From: Octopus vulgaris
Lineage: Eukaryota
Direction: 5' to 3'
Length of the DNA stretch: 64,000 bases
NCBI GenBank assembly: GCA_951406725.2
Contig: OX597833.1
Location: 3,286,001-3,350,000 of the forward strand
Both the position numbers and the translations under genes were made by a program. Below, one piece after another: positions 24,649 through 38,469 of the stretch (positions within the stretch are counted from its first letter, which is position 1; every line of letters begins with the position of its first letter). Below the pieces are notes generated by a model. That model made no database searches, had not been told where the DNA came from, and saw only the letters and a list, made by a program, of their open reading frames with translations.

Positions 24649-25035
24649 GTGCAGGAGTGGCTGTGTGGTAGGTGGCTTATTTACCAACCATATGGTTCCA
24701 GGTTCAGTCCCACTGCACGGAACCTTGGGTAAGTGTCTTGTACTATAGCCTCGGGCCGACCAAAGCCTTGTGAGTGGATTTGGTAGATGGAAACTGAAAG
24801 AAGCCCGTTGTATAGATGTGTGTGTGTTTGTGTTTGTCACCCCCAACATTGCTTGACATCTGAAGCTGGTGTGTTTACGTCTCCGTAATCTTAGCGGTTC
24901 GGCAAAAAGAGACCGATAGAATAAGTACTAGGCTTACAAAGAAGAATAGTCCTGGGGTCGATTTGCTCGACTAAAACAGGTGGTGCTCCAGCATGGCCGT
25001 AGTCAAATGACTGAAACAAGTAAAAGAATAAAAGA
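24649..25035 (+). mobile_element. SINE family A, full length
   Basis: Match to the family consensus. Confidence 0.9.
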
Positions 25036-25544
25036 ATATATATATATGTGTGTGTGTGTGTGTATATATATATATGTATATATATGTAGACATTTATCTG
25101 TATATGTATCTATATACATACACGAATACCCTTTCCTTTTTCTATGTATGGTTCATCACAAATTCTTGTTCTAACTCTTACCCTTTCTCTCGCTAAGTTT
25201 CACCCCTTTCTCTTGCACAATACGCACGTATAAGCGCGTATACATGCACTCATAGGCACAGCTACCCGAGCACACACACTCACACAGATTCCTCAAGCCT
25301 TCCCAATATGCTCCATTAAGCAAATTGTTCTAAATTCAAGTCAATACAACACTTAAAACAAATGCTAAATACTGTGTGGTTTTATGAGAGAAACAGCAGC
25401 ATTTAAACAAGTTTGAAGTGGAAAAACCAACCAATGGAAACGCAGCATTCATCTATGGCTGCTTCAAAAGTGAAAGTAGACGACATTTTAATGCTCTTTG
25501 CTTGTTACAAAGCAGTATATATAAAGAGAGAGAGAGCTGTGTAT

Positions 25545-25548
25545 CAAT

Positions 25549-25614
<66 letters not shown>

Positions 25615-25617
25615 GTC

Positions 25618-25648
<31 letters not shown>

Positions 25649-25692
25649 GTCTGTCTGTCTCTATCTTCTATCTATCTATCTATCTATCTATC

Positions 25693-25748
<56 letters not shown>

Positions 25749-25883
25749 GACATATATTTATATATGCATATATACATATTTACATATGTATACACATGTA
25801 TGTATAGTAAATGTATGTGTGTGTGTCTTTCTGCCTATATATATATATATATATGTACTTATATATATGTACTTAGATATATA

Positions 25884-25915
<32 letters not shown>

Positions 25916-25929
25916 CGTGTATATATACC

Positions 25930-25995
<66 letters not shown>

Positions 25996-26019
25996 CATAT
26001 ATGTACATACATATATATA

Positions 26020-26051
<32 letters not shown>

Positions 26052-26059
26052 CATATATG

Positions 26060-26103
<44 letters not shown>

Positions 26104-26135
26104 TATATACACACATATATATACATATATACAGA
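25545..26135. repeat. (TCTA)n and (TA)n microsatellites
   Basis: Direct reading. Confidence 0.9.
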
Positions 26136-26428
26136 TACTTGTATACAAACATAGATTCCCATACATATTACATTATGTAAATAGATATATAAAATTATAT
26201 ATAATCATGGAGATACATGAGTGTATATACACAAACACACACACACACTCATTCACGCGCATATTAAATTATACAGTATACGAGAGTAATTGCGAACGGT
26301 AAATGTTTAAATTATATATACACCATGAGAAAACAGGTCCATCAATAAATAAACCTCCATGCAGTAGGTTGGTTAGTGGAGGGCGACATTTAAGCATTCA
26401 TCGACTCGAATGAATAAGAACATGGCAG

Positions 26429-26478
<50 letters not shown>

Positions 26479-26499
26479 AATGATGAAGGCCATGTGAAT

Positions 26500-27290
26500 G
26501 GTGATGGTGATGATGATGATGATGTTTATGGTGATGTTTATGGTGATGGTGGTGGCAAGGAGGGTTGCGATGGCTATGGTGGTGGTGGTGGTGGTGGTTG
26601 TGGTGGTGGTGGTGGCGGTAGTGTTTGTACTCGTGCACTGTTGCTTGTATTGACTGCAATGCTGAAGATGGTGGTGGTGGTGGTTTTGGTGGTGGTGGTA
26701 GTGGTGGTGTTGGTGTTGATGTCGATAGTGTTGGTCTTGTTGTTGATGATGGTGGTGGTGGTGGTGGTGATGGTGGTGGTGGTGGTGGTGGTGGCAGTGG
26801 TGGCAGTGATGGTGGTGGTGGTAGTGGTGGTGGTGGTGGTGGTGGTGGTGGTGTTGGTCTTGTTGTTGATGATGGTGGTAGTGGTGGTGGTAGTGGTGGT
26901 GGTGGTAGTGGTGGTGGTGGTGATGGTGATGGTGGTGTCGATGGCATTGGTCTTGTTGATGGTGATGGTGGGTGTTGTGATGATGATGATGGTGGTGGTG
27001 GTGCTGACAATGGTGGTGATGATGATGGTGTCAATGGGGTTATTGTTGGTGGTGGATGATGATGATGGTGGTGGTGGTGGATGATGATGAAGATGGTGAT
27101 GGTGCTGGTGATGGTAATGGTGGTCGTTGTGGATTTTGGGGTGGTAGCGTTTATAGTAGCAGTATAGTGTTCATAATGATGAAGATGATGATGATGATGG
27201 CGGTGGTGGTGGTGGTGGTGGTGTGCTGCTGCTGCAGACATTTGTCATGATGATGATGATGATGATGATGATGATGGTGATGCTGATTCT
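26500..27290. repeat. (GGT/GAT)n compound microsatellite
   Basis: Direct reading. Confidence 0.9.
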
Positions 27291-27678
27291 GGTGATGTTG
27301 GTGAGCATGATCGTAGGAATGGTATGATCACAGTGGTAGTGGTATGAGGAAAGAATATATTTAAAGGAGCCAGTGACTTTGACTTCTCAAGGAGGAGGAG
27401 GAGGAGGAGGAGGAGGAAGAGGAACAATGAAACATAATGGCAGTGGTAGTGTTGGTGGTGGTGATAGCTTTGGCATTTCTGATGAGAGAAAATATGGAAA
27501 AAGGGATAAGAAGACAGATTGTAGGAGAGGAGAAAAAAGAAAAGAAAGAAAGAAGTGAAATATGAGAGAGAAATATGAGAGAGAGAGAGAGATGAAATTA
27601 AATATAAGTGAGAGTGAGAGAGGAAGAGGAGAGAGAGACAGAAAGACAGCAAAAGAAGAAATGTGTGTGTATCTATAT

Positions 27679-27715
<37 letters not shown>

Positions 27716-27832
27716 TATATGTATGTGCATATATATATATATATATATAATATATATATATATAGAAAGATAGATAGATAGATAGAAAGATAGATAGATA
27801 GATATGTAGATAGATAGATAGATAGACAGATT

Positions 27833-27869
<37 letters not shown>

Positions 27870-28084
27870 GTAGATAGATAGATAGGTAGGTAGATAGGTA
27901 GATAGATATGTAGTTTGGTAGGTAGATAGTATAGATTGGTAGATCGATAAACAAACGGGCAAACAAGATTCCATAGACAGATACAAAGAATCGAATTAAA
28001 AGAAGAAAGCCTGAAAGTGGGACAATGTCTGCCCTGTTGATGATGAAGGGAATAATGGTGGAGACGAGAGGGAAGACGATGCCA

Positions 28085-28315
28085 ATGACCATGACGATGA
28101 TGACGATGATGATGATGATGACGACGATGATGATGATGAAGATGATGATGATGAAGATGATGATGATGATGATGAAGATGATGATGATGAAGATGATGAT
28201 GATGATGATGAAGATGATGACGATGACGATGATGATGATGATGATGATGATGAAGATGATGACGATGATGATGATGATGACAACAACAATGATGATGATG
28301 ATGATGATGATGATC
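28085..28315. repeat. (GAT)n microsatellite
   Basis: Direct reading. Confidence 0.92.
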
Positions 28316-28817
28316 AAAATGAACAGCTCCAGTTTATTTCAAAACCCATTTCAAAACCTCCTCATCTCAAAAAATCTTCAGAGTTCTCTCTCCTTCCCCT
28401 CCCCTCAAAACCACCACCACCCATATGCCATTCTTTCTCGTTCCTTTGCCCCCCACCCCGTTCCCCCCATCACCCCACCCCGCCCCACCTTCCCCACCTC
28501 TTCCTTTTTTTTTTATTTATTTCTTTTTTTTACCTTTTTCCAACCATTCCATCCTGTTCTCTTCTATTCTTCCGCTCTTCCCTGCTCCTTTCTCTCGCTC
28601 AGACTCTCTCTGCCATCTCTCCAATAATAATCACAGTATGACTTCGTAGCAGTTACCGCCGTGGTGCTGACAAAACCACTTGTGCAGCGTCAACGCAGTA
28701 GTAACAGATGCAGTAGGGAAATGCAGCGGTATTCAAGTTCCTTGAAAAACGTCACACATACACACAAACATACCTACATACACACATACACACATACATA
28801 CATACATACACACATAC

Positions 28818-28852
<35 letters not shown>

Positions 28853-29087
28853 CACACCCACACGCACACATATATATACTCAAATATGTGTATATATAAA
28901 TATATATATATATATATACACATATATACAACTATAAATATGCTTGAATGTAAATATATATATATATATATATACACGTCTGTACACACATGTATGTGTG
29001 CATGTGTGTATACATATGCAAACATTTATTTTTTTAACTAGCATGCTTAGCAAAGGATGTTATTAAAGGCAGATTTTAAAACTAGTT

Positions 29088-29140
<53 letters not shown>

Positions 29141-29805
29141 TGTTACTATTATTGTTGTTGTTGTTGTTGTTGTTGTTGTCGGTGATTCTTTTTTTAACCC
29201 AAGAAGTTGTCACATATATCTTACACGCTGCACTTCTTAAACAGGTGAGTGTTACATATGTGTATATATGTATGTATATATATATATATTATATATAATA
29301 TTAGAGAGAGAGAGAGAGAGGGGTGGGTGGGAGAGAGACAAATTGATAGACAAACAGGTAAACAAATATTTGAGTACGCACAGACACGGACACACAATGG
29401 ATGCAAACACACAAACACACACATAAATATTTATATACACAAATCCATATGGGTATATATACATTACAGATATTCATCAATATTACGATATGGTTGTACG
29501 CACAAGTGTGTAGGCATGTATGTATATTTACAAACGAACATATGCTTGCATATATGTATATGCATATCTATACACACACATATACACATGTATATATATA
29601 TATATGTAAGTATGTATGTATATATTTGTACATGAATGTTTATACATATATATATAAATGTAAATACTGACAGATGTTACATATGGAAATGAAATAATTT
29701 TACATGCATATACATACATGCATACACAAGCATATACATACATGCAGATGTTTATGTATATATATATATAACACATCCTCACCATTTACTGACATATGTA
29801 TATAC

Positions 29806-29840
<35 letters not shown>

Positions 29841-30168
29841 AATGTACAGACTACAAGAAATGCATCAGATCATATGTTTATATATACAGTGTTCCATACC
29901 ATATGTTATTTAAGTATGACGTTAATTGAGCAGTAATTAATATACAGTTAATTGCAGTTTTGTTTTTAGTTGCTTATGAATATTAATTAATACACCTATA
30001 TGCTTAATTGCATGTATGTTATATGTATATTTATGTATAATTTTGTATACACACACAGACACACAAGCACAAATACATACACATTCATACGCATATATGT
30101 ATATGTATCTATATCTATATGTATGTATATATGTGTGTATGTATATATATATATATATATATATATGA

Positions 30169-30199
<31 letters not shown>

Positions 30200-30527
30200 T
30201 ATGAATATATGCAAATACGTGCATATGTTTATCTGTATTCAAGCACACATGCACCGAGGTTGCTAAAGCCGCAAACATACTGCACATTAAAATATGCACC
30301 TAGTGCTGTTGTATATACAACTGGGTATTTTGCTAAGATAAAGTGTGCTAACAGTTCAAATAAATCCATATACACTCTTGCATATATTTATACATACTTA
30401 TATGCATAACACATGCACATATATACATACATACATATGTATGTATGTGTGTTTATATATATATATTTATATATGTATATACATATATACATATATATAT
30501 ATGTATATATATATGTATGTATATATG

Positions 30528-30619
<92 letters not shown>

Positions 30620-30764
30620 CATATATCTCTACACATGTACATGTATATGTTTATATTTTTCTAATTTTCTATATATGTATACATATGCACATATATACTT
30701 ATATATATCATATATACAAAGTACATATTTTACATAACATGTAATATAAAATATGTATATATAT

Positions 30765-30875
<111 letters not shown>

Positions 30876-30973
30876 TACATATATATATATGTATGTATGT
30901 GTATATATATATATATGTATATACACACACACACAGATAGATAGATAGATATGCATGTGTATATATTATGTAT

Positions 30974-31009
<36 letters not shown>

Positions 31010-31437
31010 ATGCAATTATAATAAATATATTTATAGAAACTTGCTGCTGCTAATCATATAAGCAAGTACAAGTTGAGCTTGGCTGTGTTGTGGGTGGGGC
31101 TGTTGGCAACTCACTTGGCAACCTCACCATGTCTAAATGATGAGGAGGTTGATTTTGGGGTCACTTATCGATTGTTTGTGTGTGTCTACAGTTATTTTTC
31201 AGCAGTGTTACGACACATGCGTTTGTCTCTGGACTATCTGTCCCTTCTTCATTTTCCTCCTCTTGGGACATTTTCTGCTTTCCGATGAAGAGCTATGCCC
31301 AAAACGTCAGTTTCCACTCCTGTTTTCCCCTTTGAAATCTTCACTGAGCATCAGTCTAATATATTCACTGTGTACATCTGATTGATTTATGTTGGTTTTC
31401 TTGTTTTTGATTTTTGATTTGCCTAAGTTAATATTAC

Positions 31438-31468
<31 letters not shown>

Positions 31469-31500
31469 CATACATACATACATACATAATACATACATAC

Positions 31501-32003
31501 ATGCTGGTGAAATATTCCCATGAAAACATCTGTCAAATGTAAGCATAAAAGTCCAGATATTGTTATTTGGAACAGAGGGACAAAGGTATGTACCATCGTA
31601 GTAGTTAGCTGCCCTGCAGATATATATATCTCTTTGAAAATCAAAGAAAAAGAGGATATCTATGGACAACTGCTTCGAAACCTCCAGCTTCTATATTCAG
31701 GCTATGAATTCATATTCATACCAATAATAATTGGAACACTAGGTTTTATTAGTAAATGCTTAAAGGAGAATCTGGATAAACTGGGATTTTCAGAAAGAGA
31801 AATCGACCGGCTGATTCGTACATTACAAGTGCAATCAGTGAGTGGAACAGTAAAAATGTGCAAGACTTTTCTTAAGTTCTGAATGGGAATTTGTCTGTGT
31901 TAACTACATCCCAAAAATGGAGCCTTTTATCTTTGTTGGAAACTGGCTCCCTCCTCAGTGGAAGATTTATAATAATTATAAAACAGAAGAGACATACATA
32001 CAT
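31501..32003 (+). mobile_element. 5'-truncated RLE-type LINE 3' end in (TACA)n
   Basis: WNIPMKTSVKCKHKSPDIVIWNRGTKVCTIVVVSCPADIYISLKIKEKEDIYGQL...FIPIIIGTLG...VSGTVKMCKTFLKF*. It is preceded by (taca)n and the UTR ends gacatacatacat. Confidence 0.82.
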
Positions 32004-32185
32004 TAGAAAAGAGAAACTGTGCACAGTTGTGGAAATTAACTGCCCAGCAGATGTTAACATAAAGCTGAGGATCAGTGGAAAAGAGGACATCTAGGCTGAA
32101 CTATTGATAAATCAGCAGTTACTTTATACAGATTACAAGTTCAGGTTTATACCTGTAATTATTGGGTTTCTGGGATATGTAACAC
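32004..32185 (+). mobile_element. Second fragment of a related RLE-LINE family
   Basis: RKEKLCTVVEINCPADVNIKLRISGKEDI*AELL...YKFRFIPVIIGFLGYVT. Confidence 0.75.
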
Positions 32186-33365
32186 CATATCAAAACCAGT
32201 AAATGGTTCATTGAAGTGGTTGGAGTATCAGGTATTTCTGTGATAATGAAATACTGTTGCTTCTATAGTTTTCATGTCTGTGATGTCACATAGAAATCAC
32301 ATAGAAATTGTAGCCTAGGTGGACATGTCCTCATTGTCCACAAAGTTATGGGTATTTAGATAAACCAATTCCTGTATTACGCAGTGAGAGTAGGGAAACT
32401 AAAACACACACACACATGTGTGATGGGCTTCAGCACAGTTTTTGTCTACCAAATTCACTTATGAGGCATTGATTGACCCAGGATTATTTTGAAGATATTT
32501 GACCAAGGTGTCGTGCCGTAGGACTGAAACCAAAACCCTGTGGTTTTGGTTTCTTAACAACACAGTATTTGTGTTTGAAAGTTTGGATTCGTCAGCCTTT
32601 AAGTGTTCAGCATTCACACCTGTACAAAAAGATCAAAATCGGTGGGGTCTTGTACAGTTTGAGCTTCAAGAGTTCCAGCTTAGGCAATTCCTTAAGACCT
32701 CAGGTCATCAGTTCTCTTTTGAAGGCCACGAAAAATGCCAATTAGCACTGATACCTTTCATCAATGTCATTCATTGTCTGGTCACGGGCAAATATTAACT
32801 TGCTTGGAAACAGGTAAGGGTTGGTGATAGGAAGGGCATCCAGCCACAGAAAAACTGCCCTATTTAATTCTATCAGACCCAAACAAGCAGGAAAAAGTGG
32901 ATGTTAATACGATGAGGATGATGATGATGACGATGATGACGACGAGGATGATTTCTAAGCTGAGCAAAATAAACAGATAGTCATTTTTAGTTGTGCCCCA
33001 GCATGGTCACGGTCTAATGACTAAAACAAAAAAAAAGAAGAAAAAAAGCAAACATAAATTGATAAATAAATAACGATAATTGTTATGGGAGAATCCTGAA
33101 CACCCCCACATGACTGAAGGTGGACTCACCGATTTGAAATAACTAAGAACTGAGTGAACTGTCAGGTGGGGGTAGCTGATGGTGTTCGTTGGACCGTGTT
33201 GGTTTAACAGTCGGAAGTTGAACAGTGAATACTGACTATTGTACCTGTGTTTGAGTTGTATGGAGTGCGTGCGTTCTGTGTTAACATATATTTCTGCAAC
33301 GGGTTATTTTTAGATAACCACAACCATTTATTTATTTATGCAAAACCATTTCACACCAGACAGGT

Positions 33366-33971
33366 ATACCTATTTCTTTACTGCCCACAAGGGGCTAAAC
33401 ACAGAGGGGACAAAGAAGGACAGATAAACGGATTAAGCTGATTACATCGACCCCAGTGCGTAACTGGTACTTTAATTTATCGACCCCGAAAGTATGAAAG
33501 ACAAAGTCGACCTCGGCAGAATTTGAACTCAGAACGTAGCAGCAGACGAAATACCTATTTCTTTACTGCCCACAAGGGGCTAAACACAAAGGGGACAAAC
33601 AAGGACAGACAAACGGATTAAGCCAATTACATCGACCCCAGTATGTAACTGGTACTTAATTTATCGACCTCGAAAGGATGAAAGGCAAAGTCGACCGCGG
33701 CGGAATTTGAACTCAGAACGTAGCAGCAGACAAAATACCTATTTCTTTACCACCCACAAGGGGCTAAACACAGAGGGGACAAACAAGGACAGACAAACAG
33801 ATTAAGTCGATTATATCGACCCCCCAGTGTGTAACTGGTACTTAATTTATCAACCCCGAAAGGATGAAAGGCAACGTAGACCTTACCTGAATTTGAACTC
33901 AGAACGTAACGGCAGACGAAATACCGCTAAGTATTTCACCCAGCGTACTAACGTTTCTGCCAGCTCGCCAC
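33366..33971 (-). mobile_element. SINE family B, tandem trimer
   Basis: Three ~184-bp units joined at gaaatacctatttctttac, with a single head at the right end. Confidence 0.9.
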
Positions 33972-34339
33972 CCTACGTGTATACCCTTGTCATAACATTG
34001 ATGAAACTGAGTTTTTCAGTTGCAAAAGAAGGATCTGGAATGTAAGACGCGGATGTGGTCAGATGCTCAATGAAGATTATGAGGTGGGGGTTGTTGGCGG
34101 GGGTGGGGGTGGGGGGTGATGTGGTACTCAGTTTCTTGGTTCGGTGGAGCAGAAATTGTTGTTGTAATGGTAAAAGAAACAATAAGGCACAATGTGTGGT
34201 GTAGGATGTATTGTTGTTGTTGTTAAGCTCCTGGTCAAACCTGATCCAGCAGCCGAGGATGAAATGCATTCCTGCCTTCTTTTTCAGATGTGGGGTTTAG
34301 ATTTAAAAGTATATCATCCAGTGTGTCATATATACACAC

Positions 34340-34668
34340 ATGGGGGCCAGATGAGGCTGGCAATGGCCGCACCATCCGATCGGGGCCGTTTGCCAGCCAC
34401 ATCTGGCCCCCGTGCCGGTGCCACATAAAAAGCACCACCCGATCGTGGCTGTTTGCCAGCCTCGTCTGGCACCTGTGCAGGTGGCACATAAAAAGCACCC
34501 ACTACATTCACGGAGTGGTTGGTGTTAGGAAGGGCATCCAGCTGTAGAAACACTGCCAGATCAGACTGGGCCTGGCGCAGCCTCCTGGCTTCCCAGACCC
34601 CGGTTGAACCGTCCAACCCATGCTAGCATGGAAAGCGGACGTTAAACGATGATGATGATGATGATGAT
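34340..34668 (+). mobile_element. RTE 3' UTR fragment with ~2 module copies and (GAT)n tail
   Basis: Match to 22950-23201. Confidence 0.85.
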
Positions 34669-35006
34669 GACATACATACTTACATTTGCATACATACAGT
34701 ACAATGTTAAATAGATTGGAATGAGTTTATATTTAATTCTCTTGTATAAGATAGGAAGGAAAATAAGATAGAAAGGAAAAATAGTGAGAAAATGAATAAT
34801 AGGCGCAGGAGTGGCTGTGTGGTAAGTAGCTTGCTAACCAACCACATGGTTCCGGGTTCAGTCCCACTGCGTGGCACCTTGGGCAAGTGTCTTCTGCTAT
34901 AGCCCCGGGCCGACCAATGCTTTGTGAGTGGATTTGGTAGACGGAAACTGAAAGAAGCCTGTCATATATATGTATATATATATATATATATACATACATA
35001 TATATA

Positions 35007-36150
35007 TCATCATCATCATCATCATCATTTAGTGTCCGCTTTCCATGCTAGCATGGGTTGGACGGTTCAACTGGGGTCTGGGAAGCCCGAAGGCTGCACC
35101 AGGCCAGTCAGATGTGGCAGTGTTTCTACAGCTGGATGCCCTTCCTAACGCCAACCACTCCGAGAGTGTAGTGGGTGATTTTATGTGCCACCGACACAGG
35201 TGCCAGACGAGGCTGGCAAACGGCCACGCTCGGATGGTGTTTTTTATGTGCCACCGACACAGGTGCCAGACGAGGCTGGCAGACGGCCACGCTCGGATGG
35301 TGTTTTTATGTGCCACCGACACAGGTGCCAGACGAGGCTGGCAGACGGCCACGCTCGGATGGTGTTTTTTATGTGCCACCGACACAGGTGCCAGACGAGG
35401 CTGGCAGACGGCCACGCTCGGATGGTGTTTTTTATGTGCCACCGACACAGGTGCCAGACGAGGCTGGCAGACGGCCACGCTCGGATGGTGTTTTTTATGT
35501 GCCACCGACACAGGTGCCAGACGAGGCTGGCAGACGGCCACGCTCGGATGGTGTTTTTTATGTGCCACCGACACAGGTGCCAGACGAGGCTGGCAGACGG
35601 CCACGCTCGGATGGTGTTTTTTATGTGCCACCGACACAGGTGCCAGACGAGGCTGGCAGACGGCCACGCTCGGATGGTGTTTTTTATGTGCCACCGACAC
35701 AGGTGCCAGACGAGGCTGGCAGACGGCCACGCTCGGATGGTGTTTTTTATGTGCCACCGACACAGGTGCCAGACGAGGCTGGCAGACGGTCACGCTCGGA
35801 TGGTGTTTTCTTATGTGTCACCGACACAGGTGCTAGACGAGGCTGGCGGACGGCCACGCTCGGATGGTGTTTGTTACGTGCCCTCAGCACGGAGGCCAGT
35901 CATTGCGGTACTGGCTACGGTCACGTTCGGATGGTTTTCTTATGTGCCACCGGCACTGGTTTCCACAAGGATACAAATTCCATTGATGTTCATCTATTTT
36001 GATTTGGTTCGATTTGATTTGATACGATTCGATTCTCACTTGCCTCAACAGGTCTTCACAAGTGTCACAAGAAGGAAGGTATGCACAGGTGGACTGACTA
36101 CGTCCCAGGTAGGGGCCACGGATTATGGCTTCACTAGTCTTGCCGGGTCT

Positions 36151-36153
<3 letters not shown>
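35007..36153 (-). mobile_element. RTE-LINE 3' UTR (full) with expanded module array
   Basis: Reverse complement of 22672-23201, including the ORF stop region (ctagtcttgccgggtcttctc) and a (CAT)n tail. Confidence 0.9.
35180..35880. repeat. 63-bp tandem array, ~11 copies
   Basis: Unit tgtgccaccgacacaggtgccagacgaggctggcagacggccacgctcggatggtgtttttta; the ORF track shows 21-aa repeats. Confidence 0.95.
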
Positions 36154-36199
<46 letters not shown>

Positions 36200-36618
36200 C
36201 ATGTGTTTCTGTGTCTGTGTTTGTCCTCCTAGCATTGCTTGACAACCGATGCTGGTGTGTTTACGTCCCCATCACTTAGCGGTTCGGCAAAAGAGACCGA
36301 TAGAATAAGTACTGGGCTTACAAAGAATAAGTCCCGGGGTCGATTGCTCGACTAAAGGCGGTGCTCCAGCATGGCTGCAGTCAAATGACTGAAACAAGGT
36401 AAAAGAGTAAAGAGTAATGACATTCACTCTATGCTGATTGGTGCTACAGTATGGGCAGATTTTCGAAATCCAATGAATCTTTATACATTTATACAGTTAG
36501 GAAATTTTACAAATACACTTTTTCAAGGAGATATGATAAACCTATTATAATGGGTAATATTACAAGTACTTTTTATATTTTTTATATTGTGATGTAATTC
36601 TTTGGACTAACAATGTTT

Positions 36619-36709
36619 GCGGCTGAAGAGAGCTTTAAACCATCTTTTATATCAATAATACACTGATGTAATAACGAATTGTTTATAAAGCTTGAAACAC
36701 GTGTACCGT
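36619..36709 (+). ncRNA. Type I hammerhead ribozyme motif with long stem II
   Basis: gcgg CTGAAGA gagcttta...taaagctt GAAA cacgtg TA ccgt. All core nucleotides present, palindromic stem III ACACGTGT, GUA triplet. Confidence 0.78.
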
Positions 36710-37081
36710 GATATCCTTTGTGTTCTGCTTTTAATTTATATATACATATATATAAAATACAAAATGGGACAAGAACGCAAAACGTCCAGATAGACGATAC
36801 AAAGTAAACAAGGACAGGTCATTCGGAGTTTTCTTTCTTCAGTTGAGTTCCAGATTATCTATGCAATTTCAGCTGGTTATACTCAAGATTGCTCCAATCT
36901 GGCCAGCCCAAGGAAAAACTAAGCTAAGAGCATTAGATACCTTGGATATATATATATACATACACACACATATCTATATACACATATACATATATGTGTA
37001 TATATATATAGAGAGAGTGAGCAAACACATTATCAGAGAATTGAAATTAATTGTTGTGTTTCAACCACATCCAGTCATGCC

Positions 37082-37113
<32 letters not shown>

Positions 37114-37279
37114 TGTATGTATGTATGTATGTATGTATGTATGTATGTATGTATGTTTGTGCATGTGTGTGTATACATGTATATATAAGATATAAGTATG
37201 TATATATATATAAATACATAGATATAAGTATGTGTATTTATGTATATGATATATGTTTGTGCATGTGTGTGTATACATG

Positions 37280-37328
<49 letters not shown>

Positions 37329-37344
37329 CATCTACATATGTATA

Positions 37345-37395
<51 letters not shown>

Positions 37396-37741
37396 AGAGT
37401 GAGACAGAGAGATAGCAAGAGCTACCCTCACACATGCACACACACACATACATCCACACACACACACACACACATTCAAACTGCTGTGTTGTAGATCTGC
37501 AGGAATCCATGATTGCTCTTTCTCACCGGTTGATTGGGTTCGTTATAAATCCATCATGGTGATAAATTAATAACGTCGCATTAAATATTAGATCGTTAAT
37601 TACCTCACCTGGTATAGCTGGTAATTTTTATCTCAAGGTAATTAGATTGCAAGATAATTACCTCATGAACCAAAATATTATCAATAAAGCCATCTTCATA
37701 TTTTTGATCTGTAATGTTGATGTATTGTTAAGTGATCAATA

Positions 37742-37946
37742 TGCTGGTGGCACGTAAAAAGCATCCACTACACTCTCGGAGTGGTTGGCATTAGGAAGGG
37801 CATCCAGCTGTAGAAACTCTGCCAGATCAAGATTGAAGCCTGGTGCAGCCATCTGGTTCGCCAGACCTCAGTCATTCGTCCAACCCATGCTAGCATGGAA
37901 AGCGGACGTTAAACGATGATGATAAGGATGATGATGATGATGATGA
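37742..37946 (+). mobile_element. RTE 3' end fragment with (GAT)n tail
   Basis: tgctggtggcacgtaaaaagc...ccaacccatgctagcatggaaagcggacgttaaac(gat)n. Confidence 0.85.
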
Positions 37947-38039
37947 TCAAAAAAGTGCTGAAGGTGTCCTGACATCATTCTGCAAGTCCTGTGTCAGATG
38001 CTCACCAGCAGCTGTCTTTAGAATCCTTTTATTATAATA

Positions 38040-38295
38040 CTAGCAGTATAGCCCAGCATTGCTAGGGCTTGTTTTCTTTTCAACCCTTTAGAATTGGAAT
38101 TTTTGAAAAGTAAAAATCTTGCATTATGTAGCTTGTTATTCTCTTTAAGTGAACATTTTTCTGGTTGAAATACACTGAAAAATGGCGACACAGGGAATAA
38201 AAAAATTATAAAAAATAGGGATTTTCATAGAAAAAAAAGCACCTTTGTTGATGTTGGCAAATAATTTTTGGTGTTAACATGGTTTGATTTAAATT
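38040..38295 (-). mobile_element. Helitron-like element, 3' portion
   Basis: Reverse complement ends ...gcaatgctgggctatactgCTAG-T. The body matches 6120-6363. Confidence 0.72.
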
Positions 38296-38469
38296 TTAAA
38301 ATAGTAACTTTATCATTGTTAAAGTGGTACCAGGAACTTAAATTAGCATGGAATTTTGATGGACAATTTAATTTAGAGTTCTTTAAATCAGGAAGTTTAT
38401 AGTATGGTTCCAGATGGGATGGTACCAAAAGGGTTAAATCTGTATATGGCTTTGGCCTGTCTAATATCT

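Larger units (their letters stand above)
34802..36417 (+). mobile_element. SINE family A split by an RTE insertion in its central (TA)n
   Basis: Head 34802-34970 and tail 36190-36417 are collinear with intact copies. Confidence 0.88.

Noticed and set aside
35029-36279. 254-364-aa ORFs over the 63-bp array
   Set aside because: Open in several frames and on both strands because the unit is 21 codons; non-coding origin.
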